Assembly (NCBI RefSeq): GCF_964204645.1
Contig: NC_134028.1
Span: forward strand, 8,308,001 to 8,372,000
Source: Tubulanus polymorphus
Lineage: Eukaryota > Animalia > Nemertea
Direction of reading: 5' to 3'
DNA length: 64,000 nucleotides
Shown: in pieces, positions 17,788 through 28,200 of the stretch
Position numbering within the stretch: position 1 is the stretch's first letter
Layout: each line of letters begins with the position of its first letter
The notes under the pieces: model-generated
Told to the model about the DNA's origin: nothing
The model's input: the letters and a program-made list of their open reading frames with translations, nothing else
The model's database searches: none
Program-made: the position numbers and the translations under genes

Positions 17788-19244
17788 TCAAAATTCTGCC
17801 TGATTGTGTATATATGTGAATAGAATGATACCTCTCGAAGGCTGAAATTCATCTGGGGCAGGGTTGGGGAATAAAACCACGTTGTCGGTTAAGAGATACG
17901 AGGATGATATTCCCGTCAAAAGAATGTTTTACCTGTACTGTCATAATAGTCAAGTTGCTTAAGAGAACTGGCACCGGCCATAAATGACTTTGAAAGTATA
18001 TCTAGGCCCAGCCTCGCGCGCATCAACCCTCCTGTTAGGTTTGTGCCATGAATAGATTAAATTTTTCCCTTAGAGAAAATGTCGCAGATTTATGAAAAAA
18101 AAATTCCTGTACCCCAGTGCCAGAGCAGTGGCGGGGTAAGATCCCTTGGTTGACCCCTAGGCAGCGTTGGGACTATGATACTCTCAAATTTGTTCATGGC
18201 AGGTGTTAGGCAGCTATAGGAACTTAGGTATTATGTCAGCGCAGGTAAGCATTTTAAGGTTATACAATTTTTCAATAGAAAAGTTAAATTTTTTCCAAAA
18301 AGATTTCCTTCACTTATTCAGTGAATTTTTGTGTAAACTGCTATAATTTCAACGACATAGCAGTATCATCTTTCGCATAATTTGTCAGTTAATTTGAACT
18401 CAATGCTCCACTACTTTGCATTTGAACTGCAGAAACGGAGTCTTTGATTGACTTTATTGTCGGATAGCTCTAATGGTGCGGTGAATTTTAGAAATAATAT
18501 GCAATTTGTTGAGATTGTAGTAGAGATGAATGTCGTCTGTAACATAACTTCGGATCATGTTTAAATGGTAATGTACTGTAGCTATCGACCTGAATCCACC
18601 TCCTCGTGCTAAGAGCCTTTGAAAGTTGTGACTTGGGTCAGTTTCTATGTATAGATATTAATCAGATAGAGTTTGTAGATGGATGTAAGAGTTTGTAGAT
18701 GGATGCATTTAGAAGGGAAAAAGTAACATTTATAATGGTTGTATTCAAAATGATGGTATGTTTTTTTTCATGCCTGTATTAAACAGGGGTGCCTGGCTCT
18801 GGGTGTACCCGGTTTCAAGCTAAAGAATGTCCTTCGTATATACTTGTTTCCAAATTGAATTCTTGATCCTCCTGACCAGCTTCCTTCATCTTAGTTATTT
18901 TAATCGCTGACAACTATACACATAGTTCACACTTAGCAAAACAAATTGATGAATGCCTGGAGGTGGTTTCAGGCGGCAGATTGTTATAAGTCTATTTATT
19001 CATTGTGTAGGTAAACCAAAAGGAAAATGGTTAACACGTCCGCTGCCGGCTACAAATGTGCTCGTACTTCCGGTTCTGTTACCTGTGCCACGACGAATGT
19101 ATTCGTAGCTGATTCTTTCTAGTGGAACCTCGTTACAGCAAACTTCACAGGACCAGAAAATAAGCTCATTATAACCGATAGTTTATTATATCCAGTTAGA
19201 AATTAACTGCCGGTAGATTTTCTTACTTAAGCCAAATTCTGTAT

Positions 19245-22200
19245 TTCTTCTTTAGACTTCTTCTTCTTTAGAATAATGTGGAGGACCCATAGTTGGGTAT
19301 TGTCCCACAGCGTTTGACAGCGATGCTCGGACTGGATATCAGTTAGGTTAAAATTCAAATATGTACAGTTAAAACGGTGTAGGTTGTGTAGGCATCTATT
19401 TGGAGCTCCACTCCCGGAGGAGCGCAGCTTTGAATGCATCTGCTGAGGACGCAGCACATATCTCTTCTGGTACACTATTCCATAGACGGATAGTTGACGG
19501 GAAAAAGGAGTGAAGCTTCACGTTGGTCCTCGTATGATGTACCATCAGTCTATGTGCTACTCTTGTGCCTCGTCTTGCTGGTGTGATGATGCTGTCGTCC
19601 ACCTTAATGTCGATAGGTCCGTTGATGATTTTGTACATCATCGTGGCCTTGTTGACATTTCTGCGAGTCTGAAGAGATTCAAGATCGAGGCGTTGGACTA
19701 ATTCTGTGGCGCTTGAAGAACGACTGAAATCACGATTGATTCTTCTGGCAGCACGACGTTGAGTCATCTCAAGTTCGTTGATGAGCTTTGTTTGGTATGG
19801 GCTCCAGACTGTAGAGGCATATTCAACGATGGGTCGAGTGAGCGTCTTGTAACACTGAATGTGAGCTTGAGTTGGGCAGCCTTTCAGGTTCCTGTAGACG
19901 AAGGCACTCGCTCTGTTGGCTTTTGCTGCTATTGCTTGTATGTGATCACCCCAGGTTAAGTTCTTGTTGAATACTAGCCCAAGGTATTTAGCCTTGTCAA
20001 CTTGGTCTAGGGGTTGACCGTGCAGATGGTACGTGGCTACAATTGGTTTCTTGCGCTGTGTAATGGTGATGGAATGGCATTTCTTGACATTGAACCCCAT
20101 TTGCCATTGTTTCTCCCATTCACCCAGTTTGGTGAGGTCGTCTTGGAGGCGTTCAGTGTCTGACAGAGTTTTAATTTGTTCGTACAGTATCGTGTCATCA
20201 GCAAACAGACGTACTACGCATTGGGTATCATTTCCCAAATCATTGATGTAGATCAAAAACAATGTAGGTCCAAGTACCGAGCCTTGTGGCACACCTGACG
20301 TCACAGGTCCAATATCAGAGTATTTACTTTCTACTAGCACCTGTTGAGTTCTATTGGACAGGAAGTTCTCGATCCATGTCAATGTTCTGCCGCGTATGCC
20401 ATAGTAGTTGAGCTTTACACCGAGGCGCAGATGGGGCACCTTATCAAATGCCTTCGAGAAGTCCAATAATATGGCATCTGTTTGTAGACCAGAGTCAATA
20501 GTTGTGCTAAAATCATCGGTTGTAAGAATCAGTTGAGTCTCGCAGGAGCGGTTTTTACGGAAACCGTGTTGCCCATCGGTGAGAATTTGGTGAGTCTCAA
20601 GGTGTTTTGTTATTTCGCTCCTGATGATGTGTTCAAGCAACTTGGAGCATATTGATGTAAGTGAGATTGGTCGATAGTTTACTGGTTGACTCCTATCACC
20701 TGCTTTAAAGATTGGCTGCACAAAGGCGTGTTTCCAAATTTCTGGTATTTCACCGGTACGTAACGATTCGTTGAACAGTAGGCAGACGGCCGGAGCTATT
20801 TCTTGCGCTACGGCTTGAAGGATACGACCTGGAATATTGTCTGGTCCACATGCTTTTCTTGGGTTGATTTTCTTCAACAGGCAGTATACCCCATGATTGG
20901 ATACTTGTATATCCGGCATCGGTGGGTAGGGGCTTTCTCCAAGTGATGGAAAGTTTGAGGTATCTTCTTTTGTGAAGACTGAGCAGAACTGATTATTCAA
21001 TATGTTGCTCTTCGTTGAACTATCACTGAAGGTAATGCCACCGCTTGTAAGAGGAGCGACACCAGTCATGTCAGTTTTTCTGCTTTTTATGTATTTCCAT
21101 ATGCGCTTAGAGCTGCTATCACTGCTGAGCATTTCTGCAATGTACTTGTGGTAAGCAGACCGATTTGCCTTCCTGGTTTCGCGTTTTAGTCTACGATATC
21201 GTTCCTTTGATCGTTTTGATCGTTTTGATTTGGATTTGGCTTTTTTCCAAGCTCTGGCTTTACGACGGGAAAGCTTTTTGAGTTCGTGATTTATCCATGG
21301 TTGGTGGAATTTTGTCGATGTAGTCGTCGTTGGAACATGATCTTTTTGAATTTTGAGTAGGTGATTTTGCAGTTCTATCCACTTGGTATTGATTGGTGCT
21401 TCTGAGGTCGAATGACGAGTGCAGAAGTCATGTGTGAATCTAGCGGTGTCTGTTCTCATTTCGTCGAATTTGGCTTTTTTCCATACGCTGACTGTACGAG
21501 GTATCGGTCGTGCTCTCGTTGGGCGGATACGGCTGTCAACGAGTAGGATGTCGTGGTCACTAAGTCCAGGTAGGACTTCACACCGCGTCACTAGACCTGG
21601 TTTGTTTGATAGGAAAATCTCGAGGATGGAATCACCTCTGGTGGGTTGGTTATTCACTTGCTGCAGTCCGAGGTTGTCAATTTTGTCGAGAAAGAGCTCG
21701 TTTACAGATTTCTTGTACTGATTTCCGACGATGCAGGTATCTTCCCAGTTGATGTCTGGTAAGTTGAAATCGCCACCGCACCAGTAAGTGGATGGTTTAG
21801 AATTAGAAGTTGTAGCGTCTAGGACTTTACAGATGGCGTCCATCTGTTCGTCGCTTGATTGTGAGGGTGTTCGGTATACCGAGCCGACGATGATTGGTTC
21901 GTTTTTACAGTCGGTTTCTAAACGGACAAATACTGCCTCTGATGTGGTGTTTATCTGGATCTCCTGTGAGATTAATAGTTTTTTGATCGCCACAAGGACG
22001 CCGCCATGTTCATCATGCCTGTCCTTGCGGTAGACGTCGTAACCTTCCGGGAAAATTTCGGCGTTATGTATCTCTGGCTTTAACCAGGTTTCAGAACCGA
22101 GGATTATGTCAGGATCAGTGCACGTGATTAGATTCCAAAGTTCGGCTTTTTTTGGGCGGATGCTCTGAAAGTTGATCACTAGTGTTCGCGTCGTCGCGTT

Positions 22201-23040
22201 GCATTTCACCGCTACTGGGTTTCGCGAAGAGGTGTCACATGACGATGATGGGCTATGCAAGTTTGAAAAGCTATCCTGGGTTTCAAGTCTATTTTGTGTT
22301 CCTCTAGGCATAATCGGTGACGAGGCATGTATTGGTGTACCCAAATGCTGCGACGAGGTGTTACCATCAGTGTCAAGAGACGAGGTCCTCGATATGTCAA
22401 GAAGTGATGGGTGGCTGATATTTAACGATTCAGCCGCTGTAGTTGTGAAGAGAGTAGATGAAAAGTTCGGTGTACCGCATATGTAACATGTCCACAATGA
22501 GGTGGACGTCTCAAGTTCATATAGCCGGTCAGACATGCCAACACAGTTTGTGTGGAACCATAGGTTACATATGTCGCAAGCAATCCCTTTCTGCGTCCAT
22601 TGCACTGCCTTCGTGCACACTCTGCACGGGTATTTTTGTGTACGTGGGCCAGGATTGGGTTGAATATCGTGTGCTATCATCAGCATGAGCAGGACGACTA
22701 CTCCTGTGTGCCACCATTGTGTAGGTTGCCACCTAATAATGTCGATATATGTGTAGAAGAATGGGAATGGCATATTTTTGTTTTTAAGTTGTCCAATATG
22801 GCCGACTTCCGGTTTTCGACATTTTCCACAGGTTGGTAATCAGGTTGATTTAACTTGATTAAAACTAGCCTTCAAAGTTCTTAGTAGCTGGATAGTCCAT
22901 GTCCAGTATCCTGAAGCTTTTATGAATGGTTTTTGTGCAATTATAGTTAGTCCAATAACGTTTTTAAAGGTATTTTTCGCGAAATTTTCGGTCACGAAGG
23001 TTGAGAGGTGTTATCCAGTCCGCGCATGCGCAATCAATCA
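19245..23040 (-). mobile_element. Near full-length CR1-group (CR1/L2/Crack-like) LINE with a single ORF
   Basis: The ORF above, ~270 nt of 5' leader, and a short 3'UTR ending in a (GAA)n-type tail (TCTAAAGAAGAAGAAGTCTAAAGAAGAA on the minus strand, ~19244-19273). No target-site duplication seen. Exact clade and boundaries are uncertain. Confidence 0.88.
19396..22773 (-). CDS. Non-LTR retrotransposon polyprotein: 2A-like peptide, PHD finger, APE endonuclease, reverse transcriptase (1125 aa)
   Basis: Intronless ORF with CRVC...CDICNLWFHTNC...CYIC (PHD), INFQSI / GSETWL / GDFNLP / SDHD (APE), and YRPISLTS, LDFSKAFDKVPH, GVPQGSVLGP, LFADD, KYLG (RT). C-terminus FFPSTIRLWNSVP is typical of CR1-group elements. 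Confidence 0.95.
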   Translation of the reverse strand: MPFPFFYTYIDIIRWQPTQWWHTGVVVLLMLMIAHDIQPNPGPRTQKYPCRVCTKAVQWTQKGIACDICNLWFHTNCVGMSDRLYELETSTSLWTCYICGTPNFSSTLFTTTAAESLNISHPSLLDISRTSSLDTDGNTSSQHLGTPIHASSPIMPRGTQNRLETQDSFSNLHSPSSSCDTSSRNPVAVKCNATTRTLVINFQSIRPKKAELWNLITCTDPDIILGSETWLKPEIHNAEIFPEGYDVYRKDRHDEHGGVLVAIKKLLISQEIQINTTSEAVFVRLETDCKNEPIIVGSVYRTPSQSSDEQMDAICKVLDATTSNSKPSTYWCGGDFNLPDINWEDTCIVGNQYKKSVNELFLDKIDNLGLQQVNNQPTRGDSILEIFLSNKPGLVTRCEVLPGLSDHDILLVDSRIRPTRARPIPRTVSVWKKAKFDEMRTDTARFTHDFCTRHSTSEAPINTKWIELQNHLLKIQKDHVPTTTTSTKFHQPWINHELKKLSRRKARAWKKAKSKSKRSKRSKERYRRLKRETRKANRSAYHKYIAEMLSSDSSSKRIWKYIKSRKTDMTGVAPLTSGGITFSDSSTKSNILNNQFCSVFTKEDTSNFPSLGESPYPPMPDIQVSNHGVYCLLKKINPRKACGPDNIPGRILQAVAQEIAPAVCLLFNESLRTGEIPEIWKHAFVQPIFKAGDRSQPVNYRPISLTSICSKLLEHIIRSEITKHLETHQILTDGQHGFRKNRSCETQLILTTDDFSTTIDSGLQTDAILLDFSKAFDKVPHLRLGVKLNYYGIRGRTLTWIENFLSNRTQQVLVESKYSDIGPVTSGVPQGSVLGPTLFLIYINDLGNDTQCVVRLFADDTILYEQIKTLSDTERLQDDLTKLGEWEKQWQMGFNVKKCHSITITQRKKPIVATYHLHGQPLDQVDKAKYLGLVFNKNLTWGDHIQAIAAKANRASAFVYRNLKGCPTQAHIQCYKTLTRPIVEYASTVWSPYQTKLINELEMTQRRAARRINRDFSRSSSATELVQRLDLESLQTRRNVNKATMMYKIINGPIDIKVDDSIITPARRGTRVAHRLMVHHTRTNVKLHSFFPSTIRLWNSVPEEICAASSADAFKAALLREWSSK

Positions 23041-25110
23041 TTTGTCGTATCCGACGAAACATTGTACCGGTAACGAGGTTCCACTGTATTTACAGTTAGA
23101 TATTTACACTCTGGCACACGGGAATGACACAGTTTCTGATTGGCTGGCTGGCAATGTGAATGAACTCGACTTCATGCACTGGCTGACTATGTAAGAGCTC
23201 CAGTGCCGACCTTCGTGTACGTTTGTACCGGCAATTGGAGAAGGCACTGTATTATCAAGCTGGCAGCCAACGTGTTAGTACTTAATGGTTATCGACTGTA
23301 ATTTTGTCCTCTTAATCTGTTAAAATGTGTGTGCGTGTGTGTTAAATAATAAACTTCAACACATGTGATAGTTACCTAACAGTGTGTTCAATGGTCTAGT
23401 TTATACATTCCATGCGAAGTGGAAGTGATTTTAGCCTTGGTTGCAAGAAAATTAATTACCCGTAATATTTAAGCAGTTCAATATTTTTCTAGTCTAAAAT
23501 CTGAGGATTGAATTGAAAAAAGAACTTAGGAAACGATGGAATGTTTGATTTTGACATTTTTTCTAAGTACTGGTATTTACCTTGCTACATTAATGAACTC
23601 AGATATGACGATTTATATTCAACGAATTCAGGTATAATGGATGAAAAATATTTATTTACCCAAATAAAAAAAAAAACAGTGTTTGATTTCAAGCTGTTTA
23701 TTTCGCATTGTCTGTTGCAAACGAGAGATTTTCTGTTTTTCTGAAATTTGTTGTAATGAGGTCCTACCGTATTGACGTAGCGTGTATTGTTAAAGTTTGA
23801 TTTGTATGTTTAAAGACATAGTGATTATATATCTCGTGATAGGAGTCTTCAGGTAAACTGCAGTTTGTTAACAGATTTTAATTGTCAATAGTGACTTTTT
23901 ATTTGATACACTTTATAACACGTATATTTGTACTGTTTCCCAGTTTCCCGAACAAGAAAAGTTCATTGACGCCTTGAAAAATACGTAAATTGCTTAATAT
24001 TGTCAACAATGTATGATATTTCGTCAGGATTGATCAAGTTATTTCGAATTTGAATGTATCGACAATCGAATTGAACCAGTCTAAATAATGACGTAGTGCA
24101 CATCCACTCAAAATTTCTTTATCGAAAACCAAGTTTGAGTCTGAAATTATTTAATTACAAAAAAACACGAATTTTGATTGTAGGTGTCGTTTTGAAATAC
24201 ATAATTGATGACACAGGGCAGGCACATCGACTCACACAGAACCCCTTGAATAACGTGTAGCAGTTATCAATGTATAAAAACATTTTTTTAACGGTTTTTA
24301 CGGCATCAAAAAAGTTTTAAAGTACCCACACGAAGCAGTCAATAAACTTAACCAGATTGAGTTTGCATTATGTCGTGGAACTGGGTAGGTCGCGAGTCAG
24401 TAAATTGAATTTCAATATGTTCTTGTCTTGTTGTTGGTCTGTTCAAAACTATATACTGTAAAGAATATTGTTCTAATAATGTAATTTTATCAATGTGAAT
24501 ATACACAAATGTAGTATAGAAACGACAGTCTATTATATAGTGTAAAATAAAACTTTTAATAGTGAAATTAAATAAACATGACTCTTATTAGTTATTTTTA
24601 GACGAGGGATATGGGTTTATTCGTATCGGATGCTGTGTCTTGGCAGATGGTACCATTGCAAAAAACGAATTTCCTTTGAAATGTGAAAAGTTATTGAATT
24701 TCCGAACCTAAGTATCTGGTGTTCCAAGTATTGACAGTTAGCTATTAATTTCTACGATAAGGATTAAACACTAAGAATAAAATGGTGAAGGTTTGTTCAG
24801 AGTTTTAACACATGAATTGATGCATTCGGCGACGTCTACTCAGATATATTTACTTGATACATAAAATCTCAAACGTTAATATTTATTCTACTATAGAGAT
24901 AGCGGTAATCCAAAATAAAGATATCGAGCTACTTTTCAGCGGCACCAAAATATACGGTCCGTAACTTGACTTGAAAATGATTAGAGGGCTCTACATGTAC
25001 TAGTAAGCCACATGGGTTGTTGGATTTTCTAGAATGTCATATTGCAAAAAATCAATTTCGTAGGCGCTTGGACGTGCTGCCACCTCGCGGTGAAAAGTGG
25101 AACTAGTTGT

Positions 25111-25145
25111 AAGATGGCCGCCCCTCTACTGAGAACCAGGAAGTG
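25111..25145 (+). promoter_or_regulatory. Probable RhoGAP core promoter (YY1-like and ETS-like motifs)
   Basis: AAGATGGCCGCC (25111-25122) and CAGGAAGTG (25137-25145) lie 60-95 nt upstream of the ATG at 25206. Confidence 0.5.
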
Positions 25146-25205
25146 AAAATGAAAATCCGAAGTTTTCTCGTATTTTGAGTGATTATAAGCAGCGAAACCG
25201 CAGTC

Positions 25206-28200
25206 ATGTTAAAGAAAGAGAATCTTAGGAAGAATTTCCTACGAGTAAAGCAAATTGCAGATCAAAATCTAGGAAGGTAAATAGGTTTTTTGTGTTTGAA
25301 ATCTTTCCTTCTTCGAGGAGGAGAGTCGTCATGTCATCCGAGAAGAGAATCGTCTTCCTCCTCCCTCGACCTCACAATCCTACTCCTCTGGAGCTCCGTG
25401 TTGTGGAGGAATCTTTTCAATTCATTCTATTAAGACCACACGTCCATCATTTGCCAAATAACCACATAATCCTTGTGTTTACTTCCATTTGACTTGTCAA
25501 ATGGAAGTCCGATGTCAAATGATTTGAATAGCTCCATTCCATAGACATGACTCGAGTGAGCCTATCTAGCTAGGGAGCCTAGGTTCTAAAACAGGCAGGT
25601 AGCTAGTTAGCTATCTAGCTAATCGTTGGTGGTAAGCTTTTATGATATTGATAGGATGGGATTACACCATTAGACGGGTTAGGGCCTAGGCCTACTGATT
25701 TGCAGTTAGGCCATCCAGCTTACCTGTGTGCAGGTTAGCCCACCGCTGTTACTGTTTGAATGGCAGGCCAAACGTAACTTGGATTACATCTGGAGGCCTT
25801 AAGATCTCAAAACTTTCAGGCGAGGATCCCTGCACGCCTCTGTGATGCTGAGTGTCAGATAGGCCTAGGCCTACTGAACTGCTGAACTGTGCTAAGGAAC
25901 TGAGGCTGGATTCGCCCAGCCAAGGCCTATTTCCAAAAACCTTGCTTAACAAGGTGCTTTCTGTTAAGCCTAATGCCCTCCCTACACGCATAATTTTCAG
26001 AAATCTCCATGTAGGCCTACTATGTCATCTTAAGTAGGTATGCTAAGCTAGGTTTGGGAATGTTCCCAACCAGGCCTAATATCCCTCAGAATCAGTGAAC
26101 TGATGTTTGCTAGTAGGCCTACCGATCGCTCACTTAAACATTTTATTCCGCAATCTTTGGTCATCGAAAAATCTTTCCATTTCTAATATTTGCTCCTTGG
26201 ATTATTAGACGTTTCAGGTAAGGGCTGTTTATCTATAGTTGTCACGTATAAAAGTTGTGTATGAAGCATGATTTATGTGATTAAATGTTTCGATTATGTT
26301 TGTGTACCGCTGAAATAGCCTACTCGAAAATGATGACTGTATCATTCGGTAGTGTTAATGTGTAAGTCTGTGTTACATGAAATTCACCTCCCCTGTCCAA
26401 TCCATTCCCTATTTTCAATGAGGACTCCACAATTTTCCGGAGATTTATTGGGGATTCCATGTGTAGCAAGTGAGGATGCCCAGACGACAACGTGCACTTG
26501 GAAATCAGGATCTAGTTTCACAGTTGAGCACCAATACGAGGCAAACCACTGAGATTTCGAAAGTCTTTTGACCACTTCTAAACTTCCTGAAATGCACTCA
26601 CTCACTGAAATGGCTATGGTATGTAACAAGATTAGTTATGCCGATCTTCCAGTTTAGGTTAAAGGAGATCTGAAAATGATACACATAGCCTACATATACA
26701 TGATAGGCCTTCTGTTTCGTAGGCCCTATGCCTATCAGGGCAGTATCTTAATAAATCTGACTCATAACAAGCTAGCAAGACTGGCTGTAAGGTCGATCTG
26801 AAGAATATGGTCGGCGATGCTTTTGCCCTGACCTTGGTTTGGGTTGAATTGGAAATGAACTGTTTCAACTCTATAAAAGTCCAACTCAAACAGAGTTTCT
26901 GATTTTCACTCTTCATATGGTTTTTTTTGATTTAGATGATGCATCTTAGGGGAAAAATTTTGTACCTAGTCTGTCAATCTGTGTACAAAGATCAGAGGGA
27001 TTTGTTGTGATTCAGCCACATATAAGATTCATAAAATTAAAGAGGGCATCTTCTCGGCATTCCATTGTCTGTATTCCGTGGCGTCGAAGTTTGATATCCC
27101 CAGTTTGTCTTTGATTTAAGTTCCTTATCATGAAAACACAGGTCAGAATGAATCAGATAGATTTCATCTGATTCATGATGATTTAAAAATATCGTCTTAT
27201 ATTTTCGTAGCCTTTGCCCGCTGGGATAGTTTTCAATATCTAGTATCCATACAAAAATGTCTAGAATCGTCAGGATATTGGGGATACTGCCAAAATCGAG
27301 CCTGCGACTCGCAGGTCGGCCCTAAACGCTCCAGAGCTCACGACTCGCAGGATGGTCCTAAATGCTCCAGAGCTCACGACTCGCAGGGCGGCCCTAAATG
27401 CGCCAGAGCTCACGACTCGCAGGTCTTTTTAAACTTATTTGGTAGGCCTATATCTGAATCCAACTCTAACTTCCGGTTTAAATGTTTACTTGATATTCTA
27501 TAGTGGATATTATGAGTTGATAAGTGATAAGTGTGCCAGACTGCGCCAACCTTACAATTAACTATTCAAAACTATGATCATATCGATCATCTTTCTCCAA
27601 AGCTGTTAATAACTAAATCAGTATAACGTGTCTATCTACGAACCATCTAAAGCTGCTTGGATGTAGGCCTATATCTTTTTACTGATGGTTATCAGATAGA
27701 AATTTGACTAGTGAAACTGAAGTGTAAACCCTTATTTCATAACAATACCACAAAGCTAAGTTCTGTTTAGTTTTTCAAAGTACCGGCCAATACTCAGAAG
27801 AGAATATTCATCAAAGAGAGTAGCTCTTTAGGGTGGATCCTGCAATTTTTGGAATAGGAGGCCCGAAAAATCTGAGGCCCTTATACACATACTTGGTACA
27901 TTTGGGACCTACAAGAAAATCTTCGATCATTTTCTGAGCATCTAGAGCGATTCTAGGACGAAATGACTGGCAATAAGATGCCACTTGTGTGTAACTTTCT
28001 TAAGCCAGGTTGTGAGAATATTATCTTGGCTAAAAATAGTGGTGTTCCGGGCTGCTTAGGCCCCCCTAGGATCTGCCATGGCTCTGATTTGGCTTGATTT
28101 CGGTTGTACAAAGAATTCCCATCCTCGAAACTTCACTCGATCTGTTTGTATCTGTATCTCTGTGTGTGTGTCAGGCGAATGCTTTGAATGTTTCAATCCA

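Larger units (their letters stand above)
19121..23085. mobile_element. Tc1/mariner (pogo-like) MITE split by the LINE insertion
   Basis: Perfect 16-bp inverted repeats AGTGGAACCTCGTTAC (19121-19136) and GTAACGAGGTTCCACT (23070-23085, followed by GTA) bracket the LINE. Confidence 0.7.

Noticed and set aside
19510-22839. Plus-strand ORFs over the LINE
   Set aside because: Antisense shadows of the long minus-strand ORF.
27305-27423. 36-bp periodic repeat as a CRISPR array
   Set aside because: Units are contiguous with no unique spacers, the context is a eukaryotic intron, and there are no cas genes.
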